Origin: Planctomycetaceae bacterium
GTDB taxonomy: Bacteria > Planctomycetota > Planctomycetia > Pirellulales > Pirellulaceae
Direction of reading: 5' to 3'
Length of the DNA: 13,242 nucleotides
NCBI GenBank assembly: GCA_007133715.1
Contig: SLMF01000032.1
Span: forward strand, 1-13,242
The translations under genes and the position numbers were made by a program. The notes under the pieces are model-generated. The model was given only the letters and a program-made list of their open reading frames with translations. It was not told the DNA's origin and ran no database searches. Positions 1-7,811 of this stretch are shown here, in pieces. Numbering within the stretch: the stretch's first letter is position 1; every line of letters starts with the position of its first letter.

Positions 1-3000
1 CTGAATTCTCGCAACTGGACGATCACTTGGCCGACCTGGTCGCTGGTATCGATGCCCTTCATCCGCAGATTCTGTTGGAACGTACGGCGGATATCCTCCC
101 AGCGTCGGGCTTCTTCCGGGTTCAGCCGTCCCAGCAGTTCCTTGAACTTCAGCAGGTTTGCTTCCGTATTGCGGGTCAGCGTCTGAGCGTCGTTTTCGTA
201 GTTCGACAGGATCAGCGACTCGAGTTCCTGATCATTCATGATCGGCAGCACACGTTCGGCGATGCGGTTCATATTGCGGTAGGAACCTTGCAGCAGGAAA
301 GGCGGTTCCGTCCGATATTCATCGGCTTGGGCGGCCGAGCGGATATACTGCTGGTTGACCTGGAGGACGACATCGCGGACGCGGAGCAGTTTCCGCATGG
401 TGATCACGAAGTCATTGATTTCCTCCAAGCTGTAGTTGCCTTCCAGTTCGACGCCTTGGCGGACGTCTTCCTGGGCCATGCGGAGGATGGCGTAGACGTC
501 TTGCTGGCTGCGGGCGGCCAGTTGGTTGAGCACCGGGTTGGAGGTCAGGCAGTTTTCCAGGTAGCTCATTTCGAACACGTCGCGGGAATCGCCGATGATT
601 TCGCCCAGGTTATAGATATCAGCCCGGTTGGCCAGCATATCGGGGATCTGGAACACTTCGCCGCTTTCCGTATAGGGGTTTCCGGCCATGACGACGCAGA
701 TTTTCCGTCCGCGCAGGTCGTAGGTGCGAGTGCGTCCGCGATAGACGCCTTCGATCTTCCGCTGGGCGTCGCAGAGCGAGATGAACTTCTGCAGGAACTC
801 GGGATGGCAATGCTGGATGTCATCCACGTAGAGCATCACGTTATCGCCCATTTCCAGGGCCAGGTTCAATTTGTGCAGTTCTTCCCGGGCGGCCGCATTG
901 GGCGCTTCGGCCGGGTCCAGCGAGGTGACCTGATGCCCGACGGCGGGCCCGTTGATCTTCATGAAGATGATGCCCAAGCGGTTGGCGATGTATTCCATCA
1001 AGGTGGTCTTGCCATAGCCGGGCGGCGAGATGACCAGCAGCAGTCCCATCCGATCGGTGCGTTTCGCCTCGCCGGCCACGCCGATCTGTTTGGCCAGGTT
1101 GTCGCCGATCAGGGGCAGGTAGACCTGGTCGATCAACCGGTTCCGCACGAAGGAGGTGAGCACACGGGGTTTGAATTCGTCCAGTCTCAGGGTGTGGCGG
1201 GTCTGCTGGACCAGCTCTTTTTTCCGAGCGACATAGCGGCGGAAGCGGGGGACCACCTCCCGCTCATACCGGCTCAAGCGGGTCAGGAAGTGGTTATAGT
1301 TCAAGCGGTAGGTTCCCTGCTGGAGCTGCGGGTGGGAGCCGACCAATCCGTCGACCTCCCGCGTGACTTGGCCCTCCAGCACGCGTTCCGGCCGGGGCGG
1401 ATCGTCCCACAGCAGCAGGGCCACTTCGTCCACGTATTCGCCATCCTCGTGCTCGCGGGAACCGCGGTGGTCCAGGAACGAGGAGACCCAATCGCGGAGC
1501 AGGAGCAGGGTGCTGGTCGGGTCGTCCTGCAGATCTTGGAGGGAAGCGTGGAAGCGGGCCGTGTAATCGTGCTGGCGCAGGCGCCGCTGAAAGGCCTCGC
1601 ACAACGCGACGGCATGCCGGCTGACCACGAAGCGGGCATCGCCGCTGAGTTCGGCAAACAGGTATTCGGCCGCCTCCGCGGCCCGCCAGGGTTCGAACAG
1701 CCCCGCCTGTCGGGCCCAAGCGTCCAGCATGTCGAGCAATTCCGTGCGATACTGTTGCTGGGCCGAGGCTTCCGGGAACAGGCGGGCCACGGTGGCGAAG
1801 CCGGCCAATTGGGCCTGCATCCGCCGCTTCTGCTCCCGATCGCCGAAGGCTCGCCAGAAGCATTGCCCCATGGCTCGGGCTGGCGGCGAGAAACGCAGCA
1901 GGCCGACGGTGTGCTGCATTTCCAGCAGCGTCATCAGCAGTCGGCCCGCATCGTGATCGTGGACGCCCTTGGAATAGGATTCGTGGTAGCGGGGGCCCAT
2001 GAACCGCTGGATGAAGGCTTCGCGGGCCGCATCGTCCCACTCCAGCAGTTCTGCGCCCGTGGGAACGGATTCGCCCGGTTCAGCCGCCGGGCGGGTCAGG
2101 TACAGCAGCAGTTGGTAAGCCAGGTATTCGCCGCGATAGACGTGGCGGTTCTCGGACACCACCTCCTGTTCCCAGAAGTCGCGCAGCTCGAGCAGTTCCG
2201 GATCTTCGATCGGTTCGAAGAAATTCGTGCCGGACAGATGAAAACACATCTGTTCCTCGCGCAGCACGGTGGTCAATTCCAGCGGCTGGACGTTGACGGA
2301 GAAGCGGTGTTTTCCCAGCCGGATGATCATCGCCCCGTCGACGAACAGCTCCTGGCGGTCCTTCAGCTGGCGGACGGCATCTTCGCGGATGGTCTTCAAC
2401 TGGCTCTGCAGGTCGTCGACTTTGACGCTGTCACCCAAGTCGGCCAGCTGCTGGATCAGGTCGCGGACCTTTTGGATCATCAGGTCGGCGGCGAAGTAGC
2501 TGTGGATATCTTGGATCGTGGGGAGCGCCCCGACGCGGGCCTGGATCCCTTTCAGGATCCGTTCGGCGGCGCGGGTTAACGACCCGGCGCGGCGGTTGCG
2601 GGCTTCGACCAACTGCAGCTTGCGGGTCTCGAAGGCGTTGTAGATCTCGTCACGCTTCTCGGTCAGCTGCTGGACGAACTCGTCGAACTCGGCGAAGCGG
2701 CCTTCCAGCTCTTCCAGCTGGATCATCAGGCGGGTGAGCAGTTCTTCGCATTTTTCCGGGGTCTCGCTGACGTCCAGGTAGTTCACCACGCTCTGGTTCA
2801 GCAGTTTCATTTGCGAGGCGAATTCGGCCACGCCCTCGACGGACAGGAGTTCCTTGATCTTGCGTTTGAGGCCCGCCCGGGCGGTGTTGACGCGAGCGAA
2901 GATCGCCGAGATATGGTCGACGATGGTGGTCCGCTGGAGCGCGTCGTCGATCTTCAGGTTGCTGACGATATCGATCAGCAATTCCAGATCCCGCGCGGCT

Positions 3001-4883
3001 TCGCCGACCTGTGCTTCCAACTGGCGCGCGTCGCGGACGCGGGCCAGCGGTTCGATCGCCGCGGCCTGTTGATCCACTCGCTGGGCGTAGGGTTCGAGCG
3101 CGCGCGGGTCCAGCAGGAACTGGACGCAACGCTGGGCCAGCCGGTCCGCATGTTCGACCACCTCCGTTTCCAGCTGCTGGACGCGTTCGGGATGGACATA
3201 GCGGAGATCGCGGAGGCTGATGATCTCTCCGCGGACGGCCCGCAGTTCGGCCAGCGAGCGGACGAAATCGTCCACGTGTTCGAACCGGCGACGGTGGAGG
3301 GCTGCCAGAATCTCCTCGGCCTGCCCCGCCACGCGGCGGGTCTCGCGCGCGGTGTTTTCTCGCAGCCGCGTGACCTTCTCGAACTCCTCGATCGCCGCCG
3401 AGGCCGTGCCGCGGATCTCGGCCAACACCTCCTGCAGGCGGAAACACTCGGGACTGTCGATCCAGAAATAGCTGTCGCATACGTCGCCCGCCAGCTTGGC
3501 CAGATCGACATAAAGATTGCCGTAGGTGTCCTCCTTGGCGATCAGGTTCAGCACCTCATGGCATTCGGCCATGGCCCGGACCAGATCGCGGTTGCCGATC
3601 TTGAACAGGAGGGAATCGGATTTGGCGGGCGGCACGATCTCTTGGCGGAGGTAAGGCGTCTGCCAGATCTGCAGGGCATGATGCTTCTGCGGCTCCTGCT
3701 GGGCGCGGAACAGGATCAACTCGCCGCCGGGAAAGAAGGCCGCCCCGTTGCACGGCAGCGGGGTCTGCAACTGCTGGTCGATCACATTGTAACGCAACAG
3801 CACGTGTTCGCCGCTGTCGCGATTGTAGAACACGTACAAATAGTCCTCGCCATTCGGGGCCGCCAGCCGCCGCTCGAACAGCATGTCCGTCCATTCGTTC
3901 TCGAAAACCTTGTACTCGCCACTCTGCAAATAGTAGCCGTTGGCAAAGATGATCCCGTGATCGTCCGGCAGCAGCACGCAGGCGTGAGCCAGCGAATCCA
4001 GCCGCAGCGCCTGCTGGATCTTCTCGTTGTAGACGATATAGCGGAACTCGCGTTCCAGATAGGGCCGGATCTTCAGCAGGATCAGGTTGCCGACGATCGC
4101 GTAAGAGAACTCGCCGTCGTCCAGCGTCTGGTCCTTGTTCTCGACATCCTCCGCGTAGATACCTTCGCCCGAGTCGGTGTTGTTTTCGATCTTGATCGTC
4201 AGATCGCCCCCCACCGTCTCGACAAACACCCGATCCTCGATCGAGATGTGCGGATGCACCCCCGGCCGATGCTGGTCCCGGGTGGTGCGCACCCACGGGA
4301 ACTCGTATTGCGGCGGGTAGCGGAACTCGTGGTCGCTGCGGTTGTCCAGATACACCAGCCGTGAGCCGTCCAGGGCCCATTTGAACGTCTTGATATCCGA
4401 AACCTGCTGGCCCACGCGGAAGACCATGAACAGATGCGGCCCGATCAGCGAAAACTTGGCGAACACCGCATGGCGATAGTAGCGATAGACCTCGCGCAGA
4501 TCGCGTTCGAAACGCTCGTCGCGAATCAGCTCGAGATCATGCTGATGGAACGTGCCCTCGCGGAGTTCATGCACTGCGAACACGTCCGACAACTGGGTTT
4601 CCGTCTTCAACCCCAGGTGCACGTTGTAGCCGAAGATGAAGCGGTTGCCGATGGCCACCAGATCGCGGGGGACGCAATTGTGCTCGGTGGTAATCCGTTC
4701 GGTGCTGACCAGCCGCGTCTCGATCGCACCGAAGACCTCCTTGCGCGCCTGGTTCAGTAGTTCCAGGCGGTTGCGCAATTCGCGTGCCTGAGTCTGCAAC
4801 CGATTCCGAATGACCTCGTACGTGCCGCCTTCCAGCTGGATCGCAGCGGGCTCGGCGGCCGGGGTGCGGGCGTCGTCAGCCAT
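1..4883 (-). CDS. Giant multidomain AAA+ ATPase, MoxR/AAA_5-like clade; 5' end and first 1627 codons in the window, 3' end beyond the window start. Layout: N-terminal ~560-aa non-ATPase domain, central ~700-aa alpha-helical region, C-terminal AAA+ module.
   Basis: I translated the minus-strand frame aligned with codon triplets 3-5 up to 4881-4883. It is open from ATG 4883..4881 down to base 3, with a stop (plus tca 4899-4901) just upstream. It is preceded by the flotillin stop after a 4-nt gap. GC3 is strong and amino-acid composition looks real. N-terminus: MADDARTPAAEPAAIQLEGGTYEVIRNRLQTQARELRNRLELL... Walker A LLLVISPPGYGKTTL lies at plus 999..1043 (Lys approx residue 1292). Walker B NVMLYVDDIQ lies at 813..842. 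Sensor-1 CVVMAGNPYT (the NP motif typical of MoxR/midasin/dynein AAA_5) lies at 669..698. A sensor-2-like GSYRNMNRI lies at 261..287. The plus-strand ORFs 27..2579, 2811..4364 and 4434..4760 share one frame and are split only by plus TAA/TGA/TAG, which the minus frame reads as Leu/Ser/Leu. They are antisense shadows rich in L/P/H/Q/R/V/A/D/G with almost no Lys. Confidence 0.8.
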   Translation of the reverse strand, partial: MADDARTPAAEPAAIQLEGGTYEVIRNRLQTQARELRNRLELLNQARKEVFGAIETRLVSTERITTEHNCVPRDLVAIGNRFIFGYNVHLGLKTETQLSDVFAVHELREGTFHQHDLELIRDERFERDLREVYRYYRHAVFAKFSLIGPHLFMVFRVGQQVSDIKTFKWALDGSRLVYLDNRSDHEFRYPPQYEFPWVRTTRDQHRPGVHPHISIEDRVFVETVGGDLTIKIENNTDSGEGIYAEDVENKDQTLDDGEFSYAIVGNLILLKIRPYLEREFRYIVYNEKIQQALRLDSLAHACVLLPDDHGIIFANGYYLQSGEYKVFENEWTDMLFERRLAAPNGEDYLYVFYNRDSGEHVLLRYNVIDQQLQTPLPCNGAAFFPGGELILFRAQQEPQKHHALQIWQTPYLRQEIVPPAKSDSLLFKIGNRDLVRAMAECHEVLNLIAKEDTYGNLYVDLAKLAGDVCDSYFWIDSPECFRLQEVLAEIRGTASAAIEEFEKVTRLRENTARETRRVAGQAEEILAALHRRRFEHVDDFVRSLAELRAVRGEIISLRDLRYVHPERVQQLETEVVEHADRLAQRCVQFLLDPRALEPYAQRVDQQAAAIEPLARVRDARQLEAQVGEAARDLELLIDIVSNLKIDDALQRTTIVDHISAIFARVNTARAGLKRKIKELLSVEGVAEFASQMKLLNQSVVNYLDVSETPEKCEELLTRLMIQLEELEGRFAEFDEFVQQLTEKRDEIYNAFETRKLQLVEARNRRAGSLTRAAERILKGIQARVGALPTIQDIHSYFAADLMIQKVRDLIQQLADLGDSVKVDDLQSQLKTIREDAVRQLKDRQELFVDGAMIIRLGKHRFSVNVQPLELTTVLREEQMCFHLSGTNFFEPIEDPELLELRDFWEQEVVSENRHVYRGEYLAYQLLLYLTRPAAEPGESVPTGAELLEWDDAAREAFIQRFMGPRYHESYSKGVHDHDAGRLLMTLLEMQHTVGLLRFSPPARAMGQCFWRAFGDREQKRRMQAQLAGFATVARLFPEASAQQQYRTELLDMLDAWARQAGLFEPWRAAEAAEYLFAELSGDARFVVSRHAVALCEAFQRRLRQHDYTARFHASLQDLQDDPTSTLLLLRDWVSSFLDHRGSREHEDGEYVDEVALLLWDDPPRPERVLEGQVTREVDGLVGSHPQLQQGTYRLNYNHFLTRLSRYEREVVPRFRRYVARKKELVQQTRHTLRLDEFKPRVLTSFVRNRLIDQVYLPLIGDNLAKQIGVAGEAKRTDRMGLLLVISPPGYGKTTLMEYIANRLGIIFMKINGPAVGHQVTSLDPAEAPNAAAREELHKLNLALEMGDNVMLYVDDIQHCHPEFLQKFISLCDAQRKIEGVYRGRTRTYDLRGRKICVVMAGNPYTESGEVFQIPDMLANRADIYNLGEIIGDSRDVFEMSYLENCLTSNPVLNQLAARSQQDVYAILRMAQEDVRQGVELEGNYSLEEINDFVITMRKLLRVRDVVLQVNQQYIRSAAQADEYRTEPPFLLQGSYRNMNRIAERVLPIMNDQELESLILSNYENDAQTLTRNTEANLLKFKELLGRLNPEEARRWEDIRRTFQQNLRMKGIDTSDQVGQVIVQLREF

Positions 4884-4887
4884 CAGA

Positions 4888-6879
4888 TCACGCTTCCTTC
4901 AATTCGAGCGCAGACACCTTACGATCGGAGATCCCCAAACGCTTGACCGCATGTAACAGGCGACTCAGTTCACTCTTTGCTTCGTCGCTGTCGGTCATCC
5001 CCATCATTTTGGCGATCAGGGCGGCTACCGACAGATCTTTGATATCTTCGGCGCTCAGATCGAAGCGGCCGATGAACTGCTGCAGCTTGTCCTGGAAGTA
5101 TTCCGGATTGCCGTTGAAGAAGGTATTCTTCACATCGGTCAAGGTCTGGCTGTTATTCACCAGGCGATCGACCGCTTTGCCGCCCTGGACCGCTTCCACG
5201 ATCTTGTCGAAGAAGCTGGTTTCGCCGCCCACGATATCGATCCGTGCGCTCTTGAGGGCTTCGCCGACGATTCCTGCCTGGGCCTGAGCGATCAACCGCT
5301 GGGCGTCGATCGTGGCCAGATCGATATCCTTGTCCTTGTTCAACCGCAGCTTGAACTCCTCGTGTTCTTTGCCGACGCTGTCGAACAGCTTCATGGCCTC
5401 CGCTTTTTCTTCGATGCCTTGGGCCTCGCTGCTGAACTTCAATTTCAGCACATTGGCTTCGGCCGTGCCCTGTTTTTCCAGGGCCGTCGCTTTGGCCTGG
5501 ATCACTTGGGCCTCGGCCAGACCGCCCGCGGCCTGGTCGGCCGTCTTGGCCTCCGCCAGCATTTTGGTGGCCTGCATCTGCTTTTCAGAAACCTGCCGCT
5601 CGGCCTCGGCTTCGACCACCACCTGTTCTGCTCGCAGGGCCGCTGCCAGTTTGGCCGCTTCGGCCGCCTTGACCTGCCGCACCATCGCCTCCTGAGCCGC
5701 CATCTCCGCCTGCGTCACCTGGACCCGCTTCTGCCGATCCGCCCCGGCAAACTGCTCCGTGTCCTTGATCCGCTCCTGCTCCTCGACCACCGACCGCTCG
5801 ACCGCCACCCGCTCGCGAATCACCTCCTGAATGTTCCGCCGCTCGACTTCGACCGCCTTGTCCTTGTCGATCTGAGCCAAGGCCACCACGCGTTCCCGCT
5901 CGGTCGCCTCCAGATCCCGGTCCCGCGTGACACGCTCCCGTTCCACCGCGTCCGTCCGCTCCTTGTTCCGCTGGGCCACAATCACCTGCCGCTCCTTGTT
6001 CTCCTCGGCCACCATCAACTCCTCGTCCGTGCGGATCTGGGCGCTCTGCGAACGCAAACGCTCCTGCTCCTGGACCATGCGGGCCTCGGCCTGCTGCCGC
6101 GCCGTGACCTCCGCCACCTCCCGCTGCTGCTTCTGCTCCGCCTCGATCTGCTGCCGCTCCAACACCAGAATCGCCTCCCGCGCCTCGACGTCCTGCTTCT
6201 TGATCGTCTTCTCCTTCTCGCGATTGATCTCGTTGGCCAGGATATGTTCCCGCGCGGTCAGGTCCGTGATCTTCTTGATCCCCATCGCATCCAGAATGTT
6301 CTGCGGATCCATCATGCCCACCGAGGTCTGTTCCAGATAGTCGATGGCACAATCGTCCAGCACGTAGCCGTTCAAATCGGTCCCGATGACCTTCAGAATC
6401 TCCTCCTTGAATTTGTCGCGTTCCTCGTACAACTCGACGAAATCGAACCGCTTGCCGACCGTTTTCAAGGCCTCGGAAAACTTGGCATCAAACAATTCGA
6501 CCAGCGCAGCCTGATCGGAAGCCCGGCGGCAGCCCAGCGATTGCGCCACCTGCAGGATCGCATCCCGCGTGTTGTTCACGCGGACAAAGAAAGCCACCTC
6601 GATGTCCGCCCGCATGTTATCCCGGCAGATCAAGCCCTGGCTGCCCTTGCGGTGGATCGGAATCCGCTTCACCGACAAATCCATCCGCTCGCCCCGGTGG
6701 ACCACGGGGTAGACCATGATCCCCTGGCCCGTCACGGCCACCAACCCATGCCAACCGGAACGGATCAGCGCCTCTTCCGGACCCACCTTTTGGTAAAACG
6801 TGTTCAACAAAAAGGCGACGGCCACAAAACCAAACACACACAACGCCAACACGGCGCCGACAATCAACAGGATCTCCAT
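4888..6879 (-). CDS. Flotillin-like SPFH/Band-7 protein (YqiK/FloT-like), 664 aa. N-terminal TM helix, SPFH domain, long E/R/Q/A-rich coiled coil, C-terminal flotillin tail.
   Basis: Translation from ATG 6879..6877: MEILLIVGAVLALCVFGFVAVAFLLNTFYQKVGPEEALIRSGWHGLVAVTGQGIMVYPVVHRGERMDLSVKRIPI... has a hydrophobic N-terminus followed by an SPFH core, then about 300 aa of heptad-like EAEQKQQREVAEV... sequence. The track start at 7239 overlaps the upstream gene. I chose the internal ATG because it is preceded by GAGGTGGAG (SD) with 7-nt spacing and sits exactly at the upstream gene's stop (TGATG). Confidence 0.88.
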   Translation of the reverse strand: MEILLIVGAVLALCVFGFVAVAFLLNTFYQKVGPEEALIRSGWHGLVAVTGQGIMVYPVVHRGERMDLSVKRIPIHRKGSQGLICRDNMRADIEVAFFVRVNNTRDAILQVAQSLGCRRASDQAALVELFDAKFSEALKTVGKRFDFVELYEERDKFKEEILKVIGTDLNGYVLDDCAIDYLEQTSVGMMDPQNILDAMGIKKITDLTAREHILANEINREKEKTIKKQDVEAREAILVLERQQIEAEQKQQREVAEVTARQQAEARMVQEQERLRSQSAQIRTDEELMVAEENKERQVIVAQRNKERTDAVERERVTRDRDLEATERERVVALAQIDKDKAVEVERRNIQEVIRERVAVERSVVEEQERIKDTEQFAGADRQKRVQVTQAEMAAQEAMVRQVKAAEAAKLAAALRAEQVVVEAEAERQVSEKQMQATKMLAEAKTADQAAGGLAEAQVIQAKATALEKQGTAEANVLKLKFSSEAQGIEEKAEAMKLFDSVGKEHEEFKLRLNKDKDIDLATIDAQRLIAQAQAGIVGEALKSARIDIVGGETSFFDKIVEAVQGGKAVDRLVNNSQTLTDVKNTFFNGNPEYFQDKLQQFIGRFDLSAEDIKDLSVAALIAKMMGMTDSDEAKSELSRLLHAVKRLGISDRKVSALELKEA

Positions 6880-7526
6880 CACTCCACCTCTGCTTCCCCG
6901 GTTGTCACGAAATAGATTTGCTTTGCGGGATCGAAACCGACAATCGTGGCCGCATCCCCCTGAGACAACGGAGGACCGTCCTGCGTCCGAACATGGAGCC
7001 TCAACGGTGCCCCCTCCGTCGCATACTCCGCTTGACCAAACTGCTCGTTCACCACGCTGCTGACCACCCGGCAGGTCTTTCCCAGCATCTGTTCTGCGGG
7101 ATGGGGCGGCGAAACGTCGAATTTTCCTCGCAAGGGGTAGGTCAAAACCTTCGTCCCCACCAACGCCAAGGCCGCGTTCCGGAGAGCGTACTGCCCCGCC
7201 ACCCACCACGACTCGCGCAGCAGCGGATCGTCCAACCACCGATCAAACGCCACCGAGACTGCCCACCAAAGAAGTGAGAATACGCTCAACCAGATCACCA
7301 AGGGCACGCGCCCCAGGTGCAAGAACCGCAGCAGCACCACGCCGACACCCACCACCTCCTGCAGATCCGGATGACCATCCAGATCCAGGTCGAAATCCAG
7401 GATTTGCAGATCCATCCCGGCCAGGATGGCCAGCGACCAGTACACGCTGAGCAGGAGCAACAGCAAGCTGGCCGGGAGTGTCGCCCCCGAGAAGCAGCTG
7501 TGCAAAAACTCCAGGAACTCCGACAT
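6879..7526 (-). CDS. NfeD/YqiJ-like membrane protein (215 aa). N-terminal hydrophobic helices plus a C-terminal NfeD OB-fold beta-barrel. The usual partner of SPFH proteins.
   Basis: MSEFLEFLHSCFSGATLPASLLLLLLSVYWSLAILAGM... and ...VIWLSVFSLLWWAVSVAF are TM segments. The C-terminus GKTCRVVSSVVNEQFGQAEYATEGAPLRLHVRTQDGPPLSQGDAATIVGFDPAKQIYFV shows the NfeD OB-fold pattern of alternating G/V/hydrophobic residues. Gene order and size match E. coli yqiJ-yqiK. Confidence 0.72.
   Translation of the reverse strand: MSEFLEFLHSCFSGATLPASLLLLLLSVYWSLAILAGMDLQILDFDLDLDGHPDLQEVVGVGVVLLRFLHLGRVPLVIWLSVFSLLWWAVSVAFDRWLDDPLLRESWWVAGQYALRNAALALVGTKVLTYPLRGKFDVSPPHPAEQMLGKTCRVVSSVVNEQFGQAEYATEGAPLRLHVRTQDGPPLSQGDAATIVGFDPAKQIYFVTTGEAEVE
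6880..6890 (-). promoter_or_regulatory. Shine-Dalgarno (GAGGTGGAG) for the flotillin gene, embedded in the 3' end of the NfeD-like gene
   Basis: The minus-strand sequence reads AGAGGTGGAGTGATG. The NfeD stop TGA and the flotillin ATG overlap by 1 nt. Confidence 0.6.
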
Positions 7527-7811
7527 TGCCTAAACCCTTTTTATTGACTGATCGAACTAATTATGCGCCCAAGTGGGTGTCGGCTGAAGTCTTTTCGCTG
7601 TGAACCGCGTCAAATTGGGCAAAATTCTGTAATCCGCTTCCCACGGAGGCGAATACCCTTCGTAGGCAGGTGATGTAAGCAGCCAAACGAACCACTCAAG
7701 CCCCGCGGATCGTGCGAGGTCGTTCAAGTTGCCGGGCCGTAATCGCCGATACGATCGATTGGAAGAATAGTGGATTCCCATTGGCGGGTTCGAAAATGAA
7801 GGGATTGAAGA

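Noticed and set aside
27-2579. 850-aa plus-strand ORF (also 2811..4364 at 517 aa and 4434..4760 at 108 aa, same frame)
   Set aside because: These are codon-aligned antisense shadows of the giant minus-strand ATPase gene. Their composition is dominated by L/Q/H/V/D/A/G/R/P with almost no Lys, Asn, Tyr or Trp. They begin at TTG. The opposite strand reads the same triplets with strong GC3 and contains canonical AAA+ motifs.
5362-6915. 517-aa plus ORF, and the minus ORF 5585..6352 (255 aa, Gly/Arg-rich)
   Set aside because: Antisense or off-frame shadows of the flotillin coiled-coil region. Low-complexity G/R/L/H composition is typical of wrong frames in high-GC DNA.
6880-7239. Upstream extension of the flotillin ORF to the track start at 7239 (MVGRSAAARVVVGGG...)
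   Set aside because: The extension is Gly/Arg-rich junk. It overlaps the NfeD-like gene in another frame. The internal ATG at 6879 has a good SD and is the canonical TM-helix start of flotillins.
7543-7570. Sigma70-like promoter TTGACT ... TAATTA in the divergent region
   Set aside because: The spacer length is poor (11-12 nt), and Planctomycetota-type promoters are not well defined. It cannot be supported from sequence alone.
7781-7800. tRNA-like T-loop GGTTCGAAA
   Set aside because: There is no acceptor stem or anticodon arm context. It lies in the 5' leader of the DUF11 gene.
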